From Gemmatimonadaceae bacterium (GTDB lineage Bacteria; Gemmatimonadota; Gemmatimonadetes; Gemmatimonadales; Gemmatimonadaceae): DNA of 64,000 bases. Below, in pieces: positions 29,317 to 39,302 of the stretch; positions within the stretch are counted from its first letter, which is position 1, and every line of letters begins with the position of its first letter. The notes beneath the pieces were generated by a model. The model was not told the origin of the DNA. It was given only the letters and a program-made list of their open reading frames with translations, and did not search any database. Where the stretch lies: positions 5,552-69,551 of the forward strand of contig CANGXD010000005.1 of assembly GCA_947457545.1 (NCBI GenBank), read 5' to 3'. The position numbers and the translations under genes were made by a program.

Positions 29317-32300
29317 TTATTGACTGAGGTCGTATTCGCGCCGGCGTGACGCCCTCCACCCTTCGATCCACGCGTACAAGGTCGGCAGCACGAACAGCGT
29401 GAGCAGCGTCGACGTGACAAGTCCACCGATCACCACCGTCGCCAGCGGCCGCTGCACCTCGGCACCAGTACCGTGCGACACGGCAACCGGCACGAAGCCG
29501 AGGCTGGCGACCAGGGCCGTCATCAGCACGGGGCGCAACCGCTCACGGGCCCCGCCAATAGCCGCCTCGAGCGGCGCCACTCCGCGGCCACGGGTACGCT
29601 GCACCGTCGTCAGGAGCACGAGTCCGTTCAGCACCGCAACACCGAACAGCGCGATGAAGCCGATGCTCGCCGAGACGGAGAGGTGCAGGTCGCGTACCCA
29701 TAGCGCCAGCACCCCACCAACGGCAGCAAACGGAAGATTCACCAGCACCAACCCCGCGAGCCACCAGGAGCGGAGCGACGCCCACAGCAACAAGGCGATC
29801 AAGAGCACGGAGAGCGGCACAACGATCTGCAGCCGCGCCATCGCCCGCTGCTGATTCTCGAAGGCCCCCCCGTACGTCACGAACACCGCGGGAGGTACTT
29901 GCACGCGCGCGTCGACCGCCCGACGCACGTCCGCCGCAAAGCCGCCCAAGTCGCGACCGCTCACATTGGACTGGACGAGCGTGTAACGCTGTGCCCGTTC
30001 GCGGCTCACCTGCACCGGCCCATTCTCGAGACGGATGTCGGCGATCTGGGAGAGAGCAATCCGGGCGCCGCCGGATGCGCCGCCCAGCGGCGCGGGAATG
30101 GTGATCGCGCCAATCGCTTCAGGTGACGTGCGAAGTGCCTCGGGATAGTAGACCGCCACATCCACCGCATAACTGCCTTCGACGAGTTGCGACACCGGCC
30201 GGCCGCCAACCGCCGTTTCCAAGGCTTCCTGCACCTCTGTCATCGGAATACCGAACCGGGCCATGGCTGCACGGTCGAGACGAACGTTGAGGTACCCTTG
30301 TCCGGCCGTCTGCTCGATCTGCACCTCATCGGCGCTGGGCACGCTGCGTACGACGTTGGCCACCTGCTCGGCGACGCGTCGCGTGACGTCGGTATCGTCG
30401 CCGAACACCTTGATCGCGAGGTCTGCCCGCGTACCGGAAATCAACTCGTCCAGGCGCATCTGCATGGGCTGCGTCATGCCTATGGCGATACCGGGAACGC
30501 GGTCCTCGAGCCGCTCGGTGATCTCTCGCTCCAGCGAATCCTTGGTCAGTCCCGCGCGCCATTCGCTTCGTGGCTTGAGCATGACGAAGACATCGGCCTG
30601 GTTGACCCCCATGGGATCGCTGCCGATTTCCGCTCGACCAACGCGGCTCACCACCGTGGTCACCTCCGGTGTCATGCGGACGGTGCGCTCCAGCTCGTCC
30701 TGCATGGCGACGGAACGGGTGAGCGAGATGGTGGGGTCCTTCGTCGCGGCGATCAGCAGCGACCCCTCATCGAGCTGCGGGAGGAACTCGGTGCCAAGCC
30801 GCGGCACCACGAACATCGTCGCCACCAGTACGATGACCGCCACTGCTGCGGTGGCCATTGGACGCGCCGCAACGGCACCGAGGGCACGTCCGTAGCGCCT
30901 ATCCAACGACCGCTCGACGCGCTGCGCCAGTGCCGACTCGCGGGCGCCTCGCCGAAAGACCCAGGTACTGGCCGCAGGGATGAAACAGAGCGCAAGCAGG
31001 AGACTGCCGAAGAGCGCCACCGCCACCGTGATCGCCATTGGGCGGAACATGCGCGCCTCGAGCCCCTGCAAGCTCAGGATGGGCACGTACACCAGCATGA
31101 TGATCAGTACGCCGAAGGCAATCGGGCGCGCGACTTCGCGGGCCGCAGATACCAAGCGCTCCGCGATGCCTCTGTCCGTCGTCGGAAGCTCACCCGCTTC
31201 TTCGTCCCCGTGCAGCGTACGAACGAAGTGCTCAGTCATCACCACCGCACCATCGACAATCATGCCGAAGTCGATGGCGCCAAGACTCATGAGATTCGCG
31301 GATAAGCCAAGCCAGCGCATACCGAAAAATGCGCACAGCAGCGACAGCGGAATCGTGGCGGCCACGAGGAGCGCCGCCCGCACGTTCCCGAGGAACAGCA
31401 ACAGGACGGCGATGACCAGCAATCCGCCCTCCACGAGATTCGTCTGTACCGTGCGCAGCGTCCCCGCGACGAGATCCGTCTGGTCGTAGTAGGGAATGAC
31501 CTTAACGCCCGGAGGCAACGACCGATTGATGTCCTCCACTCGTTCACGAACACGCTGCACGACCTCCCGGCCATTCTCCCCGCGCAGCATCATGACGATG
31601 CCGCTGACCACCTCGCCCCGGCCATCGTGTGACACCGCGCCTTGGCGAAGTTCGGCCCCGTAACGCACATCGGCCACATCGCCGATCAGAATGGGCACAC
31701 CACTCGAACTCGCACGGATCACCGTGTGGCGCAGGTCATCGAGCGTGGCGGCCGCCCCAAGTCCTCGCAGTATGTATTGCTCGTCGCGATGTTCCAGGTA
31801 GCCGCCGGCGGCGACGGCGTTATTCGACTCCACGGCTTCCACCACGTCGTGCAGCGTGAGTCCAAAGCTGACGAGCCGCTCCGGCCGAACGACGACCTGC
31901 GCCTGCCGAACCTCTCCGCCGAAGCTGTTGACTTCGGTCACACCGGCCACGGTGCGTAGTTGCGGGCGAATCACGCGATCCTGCAGTGTGCGGAGCGCTC
32001 GCGTGTCCAATGTGTCACCGGCTTTCGCGGTGTCGGTCTGTTCGACCGTGTACATGTAGATCTCGCTATTGGCCGCACTCAACGGGCCCAACGTCGCATC
32101 CGCTCCGGGCGGCAGCGATTTGCGCACACCTTGCAGTCGCTCGCTGACGAGGGTACGCGCCCGCTGGATGTCGACGCCGTCCTCGAAGACGACGGTGACC
32201 GCCGCAAAGCCATACTTGCTGACCGACCGCACCAAGGTGACGTCCGGCAGCCCGTTCATCGCGACTTCAATCGGGAATGTCGTCAGCCGCTCCACCTCCA

Positions 32301-32529
32301 CCGGCGACAATCCGGGCGCCTCGATCAGGACCTGCACTTGCGCATCGGTCAAATCGGGGAACGCGTCGACGCGAAGGGTTCGGAGTGCCCACAGCCCCGC
32401 GCCGGCCATGGCCAGGACGAGGGCCATCACCGTCAGGCGCTGTCGAATCGCCCACGCGACAAGGCGCTCGACCACACTATCCGTTGATGCTGGTGCCGGG
32501 GTGTTCTCTCCACGCATATCAGTGCTCAT
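29317..32529 (-). CDS. czcA: CusA/CzcA family heavy-metal efflux RND permease
   Basis: DAFPDLT, SANLMSLGAIDFGMIVDG, GFIALFGVAVLNG, RLRPVLMTALVASLGF, GAEVQRPLATVVIGG. Confidence 0.93.
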   Translation of the reverse strand: MSTDMRGENTPAPASTDSVVERLVAWAIRQRLTVMALVLAMAGAGLWALRTLRVDAFPDLTDAQVQVLIEAPGLSPVEVERLTTFPIEVAMNGLPDVTLVRSVSKYGFAAVTVVFEDGVDIQRARTLVSERLQGVRKSLPPGADATLGPLSAANSEIYMYTVEQTDTAKAGDTLDTRALRTLQDRVIRPQLRTVAGVTEVNSFGGEVRQAQVVVRPERLVSFGLTLHDVVEAVESNNAVAAGGYLEHRDEQYILRGLGAAATLDDLRHTVIRASSSGVPILIGDVADVRYGAELRQGAVSHDGRGEVVSGIVMMLRGENGREVVQRVRERVEDINRSLPPGVKVIPYYDQTDLVAGTLRTVQTNLVEGGLLVIAVLLLFLGNVRAALLVAATIPLSLLCAFFGMRWLGLSANLMSLGAIDFGMIVDGAVVMTEHFVRTLHGDEEAGELPTTDRGIAERLVSAAREVARPIAFGVLIIMLVYVPILSLQGLEARMFRPMAITVAVALFGSLLLALCFIPAASTWVFRRGARESALAQRVERSLDRRYGRALGAVAARPMATAAVAVIVLVATMFVVPRLGTEFLPQLDEGSLLIAATKDPTISLTRSVAMQDELERTVRMTPEVTTVVSRVGRAEIGSDPMGVNQADVFVMLKPRSEWRAGLTKDSLEREITERLEDRVPGIAIGMTQPMQMRLDELISGTRADLAIKVFGDDTDVTRRVAEQVANVVRSVPSADEVQIEQTAGQGYLNVRLDRAAMARFGIPMTEVQEALETAVGGRPVSQLVEGSYAVDVAVYYPEALRTSPEAIGAITIPAPLGGASGGARIALSQIADIRLENGPVQVSRERAQRYTLVQSNVSGRDLGGFAADVRRAVDARVQVPPAVFVTYGGAFENQQRAMARLQIVVPLSVLLIALLLWASLRSWWLAGLVLVNLPFAAVGGVLALWVRDLHLSVSASIGFIALFGVAVLNGLVLLTTVQRTRGRGVAPLEAAIGGARERLRPVLMTALVASLGFVPVAVSHGTGAEVQRPLATVVIGGLVTSTLLTLFVLPTLYAWIEGWRASRRREYDLSQ

Positions 32530-33835
32530 CGCCAAGCGTCGCCTTGGCGAGTTCGCTCTTGAGCGTGAACGCCCCGCGGACTACGACCCGTTCACCTACC
32601 CGCAGCCCATCGTGAACACTGACCATGGCGCTGCGCTGGGTGCTGCTCCCAGGCGTGCTGAGAAGCGATGTCCGAACCTCGCGCCGCTCGTAGGTTCGCG
32701 GGCCAGTTTCGACAAACACGAAACGACGCTCACCGTCGGTCACGACGGCACTTTCCGAAATGGTGAGGGCGGAGGTGCGCTCGCCATTGACCGCCGTGTT
32801 GGCTGGCAGATCCAGTCGCACGGTCGCGAACATTCCGGGACGCAGCCGACGGCTCGCGTTCGGCACGTGAATGACCGCCTGCAGCGTTCGTGTTTCGGAG
32901 TTGAGGGCATCGCGCAGGCGCTCCACACGACCGTCGAAACGCAGCAATGGGAAGGCGGCGATACTGACCGTGGCCCGCTGCCCCGGACTCACCTGGGGCA
33001 GATTCCGTTCCGGCACTTCGGCGACGACATCGATTACGGTGAGATCCGCAAGCGTGAATACCGGCCCGCCGGCTTCGACGGCGGCCCCCGTCAACACGTG
33101 CGCCTCGATGACGCTCCCGCTGATTGGCGCGCGCAGCGACAGCGTGCTCGCCGCTTCACCACCCGCGGCGACACGGGCCACTTCAGCATCGCTGGCACCG
33201 AGGAGTCGCAGACGTCGACGCGCCGCCTCAGCCAACAAGCGCGCGCCCGCCTCGTCGGCGGTACCGGCCAGCGACTCGATCCGGCGCGTGGCGGCGGCAA
33301 GGTCGGCTTGAGCCGTCAGATACTCGGGGCTGAACAGTGCCGCCACCGTTTGTCCGGCGCCGACGCGGTCACCCTCGACTACGTGCAGACGCTCGAGACG
33401 GCCGGCGATCCTCGATGACACGAGTGCGACGCGACGCGGATCGAGCTCGACCTGTCCGGGGACCTCGAGGCTTTCCACGCCGGCCTCTCGAGTGAGTGCC
33501 ACCACCGGCTGCACCTCGATCTGCGCCGTTCGGAACGCCATCTCCGAAAGCGTGACACGGTCACCCGGCGCATGCTCCTCCTCATGCTGTTCCGCGGCGC
33601 CCGCGGCGGATGCGGTGGGGCCTCCGGACGTGCCCGCGGCGGGCGGAATATCCGCCCGCTGCGATGGCGTCTCCGCTGCCTCGCTGCATCCGAGGAAAAA
33701 CAACAGCATGGCCCCGAGAACGCGCGGATGCCTGATTGACGTAAGCCGGTTTGCCGTGCGCATAGGTGCGAGGGTTGGCGCGATGAGCGCGTGAGCGTGC
33801 GTACGACCGCGAAAGAGGCGTGTCGTGTCGTTCAT
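32519..33835 (-). CDS. czcB: RND efflux periplasmic adaptor subunit (CzcB-like)
   Basis: LRAPISGSV, LRPGMFA, VVVRGAFTLKSEL; His/Glu patch EQHEEEH; coupled to czcA. Confidence 0.9.
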   Translation of the reverse strand: MNDTTRLFRGRTHAHALIAPTLAPMRTANRLTSIRHPRVLGAMLLFFLGCSEAAETPSQRADIPPAAGTSGGPTASAAGAAEQHEEEHAPGDRVTLSEMAFRTAQIEVQPVVALTREAGVESLEVPGQVELDPRRVALVSSRIAGRLERLHVVEGDRVGAGQTVAALFSPEYLTAQADLAAATRRIESLAGTADEAGARLLAEAARRRLRLLGASDAEVARVAAGGEAASTLSLRAPISGSVIEAHVLTGAAVEAGGPVFTLADLTVIDVVAEVPERNLPQVSPGQRATVSIAAFPLLRFDGRVERLRDALNSETRTLQAVIHVPNASRRLRPGMFATVRLDLPANTAVNGERTSALTISESAVVTDGERRFVFVETGPRTYERREVRTSLLSTPGSSTQRSAMVSVHDGLRVGERVVVRGAFTLKSELAKATLGDEH

Positions 33836-35250
33836 GGCGCTTCACCTCCAGGCAGCGACAGCGCCGCGGACGGCTCGGTCGCGCCCATGAGATCGGCCCA
33901 CGCGTCGGCCGCTTCCAATAGGGCGTGGACCCGCTCGATTTCTGCGCGGGCCAACGCGCGCTCGAAATCGAGCAATTCAAGGAGTGACACACTGCCGGTG
34001 CGATAGGCCGCCAACGCACTTTCGCGCTCCTCTCGGGCGCCACGCAGCAACGCTGCGTCCATGGTCTCGAGACGCAGGCGCGCTTCTGCGTAGCGTGCGA
34101 GGCCCGCCTGAAGGCGCCCACGCACCTCGGCGAGCGTCGCGAACTGCGTGGTACCGACCGAGACGATGCGCTGTTCTGCCGCGCCGACCGCGAGCCGGTT
34201 CCCCCTCGCCGCGGTAAACGGCAATGTCATCGAGAAGCCGAGCGATGGACCGAACGTGGGCCCGTTGTTGGCCTGCCCCACGCGTTGCACACCGGCATAG
34301 GCACTGACCTGCACGCGCTGTTCGGCAACCAGCAGCGCACGCTCACGCCGCGCGCGCTCGGCCTCCACCTCACCGAGCAGTACCCGCTCGTTTACCGCGA
34401 GCAACGAGTCGAGCGTCAGCGCAGGTGGCAGAACGACCCGCCATGCGTCACTCTGGTCTGCGGCCAATGAGTCGATGGCCGCCTGCACCGTGCTCCGCGT
34501 CGACTCGCTACGCAGGGGGGCCATGAGGGCGGCGGCCGCGACACGCGCGTCGGCGAGCGCGCGGCTGCGCTCCACCTGCACCCTGAGCCGCTCCGTCCGC
34601 ACCCGCAGCACGTCCACGTACCGCGCCTGCCCGACCGCAAACCGTTCGCGTACTCCGTCGGCCGCCCCCAGGAGTACCAGATCTTCAGCCGCGAGCCGCT
34701 CGGCGATGCGGCGTGCGCCGGCCGCGCGGAGCAGGTCACGCAGCAGCGCCGCGTCGCGCCGACGCTCCTCCACGCTGAGCGAAATCTCGGCGGCGCGCAC
34801 GGCGACCTCCACTACGGCCCGTTCGGCGCGCCGACGCGGTGCCGTGAGGAGATCACGGCCAATTTCGAGGCGAAGGTTTCCTTGATCGATGCTTGCCGCC
34901 GGCGCCTCCGACAGGCCGGCGCTCAGCGTGGCCGGCGTCGCATGCCCCGTTGCAGCGGCGCGAGCCGCGGCCAAATCCCTCGCGGCCCGCGCGGCCTGCA
35001 GGACAGGACTCTCGTCACGGCCCGCGAGGCGAACGCGCTCGACAATGCGCGTGAGCCGAGCGCTGTCGGACGCGAGTTGGAGTGGCGCGGACTGCGCGCT
35101 GAGAACCTGCGCGCTGAACACGGTCAGCGCGAACGATGTTGCGTAGCTGGGGAGACCGAACCAGCGCCGAAATGCTGGGCGACACGGACGCCGGGATCGC
35201 CGAAACTGATCATCGGGCCACTGCGGGCCGTGACCGTTACCACTTGTCAT
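33832..35250 (-). CDS. czcC: TolC family outer-membrane efflux protein (CzcC-like); start uncertain
   Basis: Helical OEP repeats ERFAVGQARYVDVLR and AYRTGSVSLLELLD; first gene of the CBA order. Confidence 0.85.
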   Translation of the reverse strand: MTSGNGHGPQWPDDQFRRSRRPCRPAFRRWFGLPSYATSFALTVFSAQVLSAQSAPLQLASDSARLTRIVERVRLAGRDESPVLQAARAARDLAAARAAATGHATPATLSAGLSEAPAASIDQGNLRLEIGRDLLTAPRRRAERAVVEVAVRAAEISLSVEERRRDAALLRDLLRAAGARRIAERLAAEDLVLLGAADGVRERFAVGQARYVDVLRVRTERLRVQVERSRALADARVAAAALMAPLRSESTRSTVQAAIDSLAADQSDAWRVVLPPALTLDSLLAVNERVLLGEVEAERARRERALLVAEQRVQVSAYAGVQRVGQANNGPTFGPSLGFSMTLPFTAARGNRLAVGAAEQRIVSVGTTQFATLAEVRGRLQAGLARYAEARLRLETMDAALLRGAREERESALAAYRTGSVSLLELLDFERALARAEIERVHALLEAADAWADLMGATEPSAALSLPGGEAP

Positions 35251-35341
35251 GGGAGCCTCGAGAGAGCGCTGGCACATCACGCACGATGGCGGATGTGAAG
35301 GACGGGGCGAACGTCAGCGACTCACAGCGAGGCTGACGCGA

Positions 35342-35767
35342 CTAGGCGTAACCCGTGGCTCTTGGCGGACGCAGTCGTGGCTCCACAGTGACACTCGGGA
35401 GCACACGGTCGACGCTGCGTGGCGTCGTCAACGCGGTGCGTAATGAGGGAACCGGCATTACCACGCGCCGAGTGGGCGTGGAGGCGTGCGCATGCGTGCA
35501 GTGGCAGAGGTGCGCCTCGTGTACCGGCGGGTGTTCGCCAGACCTGCGGTCACCCTCGGTGCGCGATTCGGCGCTGCGCGGTGCCTCGCCAATCGGGGCG
35601 TCGGTCGCAGCCACGTACTGACCCGCGACCGCCGCGGGGGCATCCCCATCGCAACTGTCCGCGACCAACGGCTCCGCGAACGCCACGGCCATGCACACAC
35701 CGAGCAACGCCGTCAGGAGACGGCGCAGTGTTGGAGTGTACCGAGTAGCGCGAAGGAGGTGCCGCAT
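35342..35767 (-). CDS. Small exported His/Cys-rich protein (CzcI-like position)
   Basis: Signal/TM segment, then HPPVHEAHLCHCTHAH and a C-terminal RLRPPR; directly upstream of czcC. Confidence 0.65.
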   Translation of the reverse strand: MRHLLRATRYTPTLRRLLTALLGVCMAVAFAEPLVADSCDGDAPAAVAGQYVAATDAPIGEAPRSAESRTEGDRRSGEHPPVHEAHLCHCTHAHASTPTRRVVMPVPSLRTALTTPRSVDRVLPSVTVEPRLRPPRATGYA

Positions 35768-35860
35768 GCAGGGGAGGAGGTATCACACCGATGCTTCCGG
35801 TCGCTCAGGGCCGAACCAAGGCCACAATTGCGGGAAAGACACGGAACTGCTAATCTAGGA

Positions 35861-35886
35861 AACAACTGAACAGGTGCTCAGATGTT
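35861..35886. promoter_or_regulatory. SmtB/CadC-type 12-2-12 operator
   Basis: AACAACTGAACA-GG-TGCTCAGATGTT imperfect inverted repeat between the divergent czc operon and the ArsR gene. Confidence 0.75.
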
Positions 35887-35905
35887 CACTCAACCTAGGA
35901 CCGCG

Positions 35906-36340
35906 ATGCCCCCGGCGCAACCCCGCCCTGCTCTCTCATCGACGACACCGACACCTCGTGGCGACGATTCCTGTGAGATCGTCTGCGTCGATCAGGCCAA
36001 GGTCGACCGAGCGCGAGCGATGGGGCCGACGAACACCGCGATCCAGTCATTGGCCGAGATGTTCAAGGCACTGGGCGACCCGACGCGCCTGCGCCTGCTG
36101 GCGGCGTTGGCGGAGGAGGAATTGTGCGTCTGCGACTTGGCCACACTTACCGAGGTCTCGGAGTCTGCGGTGTCGCACTCGCTGCGCACGCTCCGCCAGT
36201 TGCGGCTCGTCCGCCATCGGAAGGCCGGCAAGATCGCGTACTACCGTCTCGACGACGACCACGTGCGGCGTCTGATCGTGGAGGGGCTGGACCACGTGGG
36301 TGAGTCGGTAGACGACGCTGACCCGCCCCGCACGACATGA
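35906..36340 (+). CDS. ArsR/SmtB family metalloregulator (CadC/ZiaR-like)
   Basis: FKALGDPTRL, ELCVCDL (alpha3 site), N-terminal Cys pair, DDDHV...DHVGE (alpha5 site). Confidence 0.93.
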   Translation: MPPAQPRPALSSTTPTPRGDDSCEIVCVDQAKVDRARAMGPTNTAIQSLAEMFKALGDPTRLRLLAALAEEELCVCDLATLTEVSESAVSHSLRTLRQLRLVRHRKAGKIAYYRLDDDHVRRLIVEGLDHVGESVDDADPPRTT

Positions 36341-37179
36341 GCACGCTCGGCTCTGGCGCCCATGCCGAATACCACGTCATTGGCTTGGACTGCGCACATG
36401 ACGCCGCCATCGTGGCGGCGGCGGTTCGGGCGGTGCCGGGTGTTGACAGCGTGGAAGCATCGGTCGCCAGCGGGAAGCTCACGATGGTCGCTGCCGATGC
36501 AGCGGTGTTCGCGGCCGCTGAACAAGCGGCCGCCGGGGCGGGCTTTCCGCTGCAGTCCGCGGTGGCGACCCCGGTCATCAGTGCTGCATATCACCGCGCG
36601 TTATGGGTCGTCGTCGTGCTCAATCTCGGCTACGGCATCATCGAAGCGGCAGCCGGTCTGATCTCCGACTCGCAAGCGTTGCAGGCAGATGCCCTCGATT
36701 TTGTTGGCGATGGCGCCATCAGCTTCATGGGCCTCCTCGCCCTTCGATGGTCCGCAAGGCGCCGTGCAACGGTGGCGCTCGCGCAGGGTCTCTTCCTTGG
36801 CGCGCTTGGCCTCGGCGTTGTGGGCACCACCATCTATCGTGTCGTGCTGCAGCAGCAGCCCGAGGCGGAACTGATGGGCGTCTTCGGTGCCGTGGCGTTG
36901 GCGGTGAACCTCGCGGCCGCCGCAGCCCTCATTCCGCATCGGAGCGGCGACGCCAGCGCGCGAGCCATCTGGCTCTTCTCCCGCAACGACGCGCTCGGTA
37001 ACCTCGCCATCGTGATCGCGGCGGGGCTCGTCGCGTGGACCGCCTCCCCGTGGCCAGACCTGTTGGTCGCCTTCGTCATCGCGGCGCTCTTCCTGCAGTC
37101 GGCCCAGAGTATCGTCAGAGATGCGTGGAAAGAAATACGATCAGGTGCACTTGGTCGCAGACGTGCGGACGCCCGATGA
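36337..37179 (+). CDS. Cation diffusion facilitator-type transporter with N-terminal HMA-like domain
   Basis: GLDCAHD HMA-like start, SQALQADALDFVGD, WLFSRNDALGN, WPDL. Confidence 0.88.
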   Translation: MSTLGSGAHAEYHVIGLDCAHDAAIVAAAVRAVPGVDSVEASVASGKLTMVAADAAVFAAAEQAAAGAGFPLQSAVATPVISAAYHRALWVVVVLNLGYGIIEAAAGLISDSQALQADALDFVGDGAISFMGLLALRWSARRRATVALAQGLFLGALGLGVVGTTIYRVVLQQQPEAELMGVFGAVALAVNLAAAAALIPHRSGDASARAIWLFSRNDALGNLAIVIAAGLVAWTASPWPDLLVAFVIAALFLQSAQSIVRDAWKEIRSGALGRRRADAR

Positions 37180-37204
37180 TGCCTTCACGACGGGCGTGCG
37201 CGGC

Positions 37205-37849
37205 GTGAGCCTCTCGACGTGGTGGAACCGCGTGCGCTACACCGCCTATGCGCCCGCCTACGACCTTGCCGTGGCGCACCTGCCGCTCTTTCAGCGTGGA
37301 CGGCGCTGCTCACTCGCCCTCGCCGACTTTCGGCGCGGTGAGCGTGTGCTCATGGTCGCCGGCGGCACCGGCCTCGACCTGGCGTATCTTCCGGACGGAA
37401 TAGACGTCATCGCCACCGACGTGACCCCCGCGATGGTCACCCGCATGGCCATGAGAGCGCAGGCACTTCGGGAGGCGGGCCGCGATCTGCAGGTGCGGAC
37501 GCAAGTGATGGACGCCGCGCGCCTGACGCTTCCGGATGAGAGTGTAGACGGCGTAATCCTGCACCTCGCACTCGCCGTCGTGCCAGACCCGGTGGCGGCC
37601 ATCCGCGAGGCCGCTCGCGTACTGCGGCCGGGCGGTCGCATAGCGGTCTTCGACAAGTTTCTTCCTGACGGTGAGCGGCCGTCCCTTCGCCGTCGGATCG
37701 CCGCCGTCGTGATGCGCCTCGTGGCGACGGACCTCAACCGTCAATTGGGACCGCTGCTCAAAGCTGCAGGGCTTCGCGTCGTTGCGAGTGAGGCAATCGG
37801 CCTCGGTGGAATGTTCGTAGTGGCGCGAGTGGAAAGTCGCAATCGGTAG
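37205..37849 (+). CDS. Class I SAM-dependent methyltransferase (PmtA-like)
   Basis: VLMVAGGTGLDL, MDAARL, RVLRPGGRI; GTG start at 37205 inferred. Confidence 0.85.
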   Translation: MSLSTWWNRVRYTAYAPAYDLAVAHLPLFQRGRRCSLALADFRRGERVLMVAGGTGLDLAYLPDGIDVIATDVTPAMVTRMAMRAQALREAGRDLQVRTQVMDAARLTLPDESVDGVILHLALAVVPDPVAAIREAARVLRPGGRIAVFDKFLPDGERPSLRRRIAAVVMRLVATDLNRQLGPLLKAAGLRVVASEAIGLGGMFVVARVESRNR

Positions 37850-37946
37850 ATCACGGCACGCTCGGCTCTCGCCCAAGCAAAATGCGGGTGAAACCCTCCC
37901 GAAAAATCGCGCGAGGTGTCTACGCACACGACCTAGACCACAGACG

Positions 37947-38662
37947 TCAGCTCGTCATTGCACCAAGCGCTGAGGCCGCCGGCGTCGCACCGGCTTGCAG
38001 GAACGCCACAAAGTCTTCCGGCAGGCCAGCCGCACGGATGCGGGCCGCCGTCGATTCGATGTCGTACGGCACGCGCACGAACTCCACCTCCGCCGCCGTC
38101 TCGCTGAACGACACCCGATGCCGTCGACGACCCGATGCCACGGCTTGTGCGTGTGTCCGAACGCCAACATGTCACCGGCTTTCAGCCCCACGCTCGCCGC
38201 CATCTTGCGGCAGAAATCATCGGGACGGTCTTCGGTGAAACAGACGGTATTGAGCGTCGGCGTACCGTGTACGAGCACGAGGCGCGGGCCAGCAGAATGG
38301 CCACCCAGCGGACGCAGGTCGAGCGAAAAGGGCAGCCCGGCCAGGAAGCGCTTCGTGGTTGCCGACACTGCACGACGCGTGAACTCGTAACTGCTGTGCG
38401 CGAGCTCTTCCTGCCGCACACTCTCTGACTTGCACCCATAGTGCTTGTAGTCGGTGGCAACAGTAGAGTCGTAGTTGCCGGCGATGCCGGCTATAGCGCG
38501 GGTGCGCAGCCGTTCGACCACCTCGTTCGGCGTGCTCGCGTATCCCACCAGGTCGCCCAGGTGATACACAGCGTCCACGTCACCGCGGGTATCGGTGTCG
38601 GCGAGCACCGCATCGAGCGCCTGCACGTTGGCGTGAATGTCAGAGATGAGGGCGTAGCGCAT
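37947..38662 (-). pseudogene. Metallophosphoesterase (ars-operon-associated type) with internal deletion and frameshift
   Basis: SDIHAN, LGDLVGY, GNYD and GHTH are intact. After VVDGI the frame shifts, the expected N.GSVG segment is missing, and the C-terminus (VEFVRVPYD...) lies in another frame. Confidence 0.75.
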
Positions 38663-39040
38663 CGGTGAGTTGGAGCGTGGAAGGGTAAGAAGGCGCGGCT
38701 GATCCATCGGCCTGCGCGACGGCGGCGTCGAGGGCGCGACGTCCGGCGGCCAGGGCAGCGTGCAGCGCGTCGATGTTGCTCGCGTCGGTCAGCGCCGGCG
38801 ATGCTGGTGGCATGGCGATGAACGCCATCACCGCCGCGTGCAGATGCTCACGGGCCGCTCGGAACGCGGCGAGTTGCACCGCATGTTCGCCTTGAGCGGC
38901 GGCCGGGTCCATCAGCCCCCAGTGCGCGGTAGCTCGAGCCCCCGGGAGATACGGACACGCATCACTGGCGGCGTCGCACACGGTGATCACGGCGTCCCAC
39001 GCGGCATCCACTGCTCGCGGCTCGGGCGCGCCTTGAAGGG
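38640..39040 (-). pseudogene. arsC: 5'-truncated arsenate reductase (LMW-PTP family)
   Basis: DAVITVCDAASDACPYLPG...HWGLMDPA present, but the N-terminal catalytic CX5R loop is absent. Confidence 0.75.
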
Positions 39041-39302
39041 CCGCATCTCCAGCGCGTGAGCGCACTGGCCAAGCGGGGCTGGCTGGTGCCCTGGGAAACC
39101 GCGACTCGTTGAACGCCAGTCCGTTCTGGCCATTCACCGGAAGCACGAGCTGCTTCGTCCCTAGGTCGTAGCACATCGAGGCAGCACTCGGGATGTTGGT
39201 GGCCCGGCGCCCCCCGCTCTGCCCAGCATAGGCTGACGGGCATGCCCGCGTTGTAGAAAGCGCGACCGCCGGTCGCGCTGCGCGGGCCCCATCTGCCCCG
39301 CT

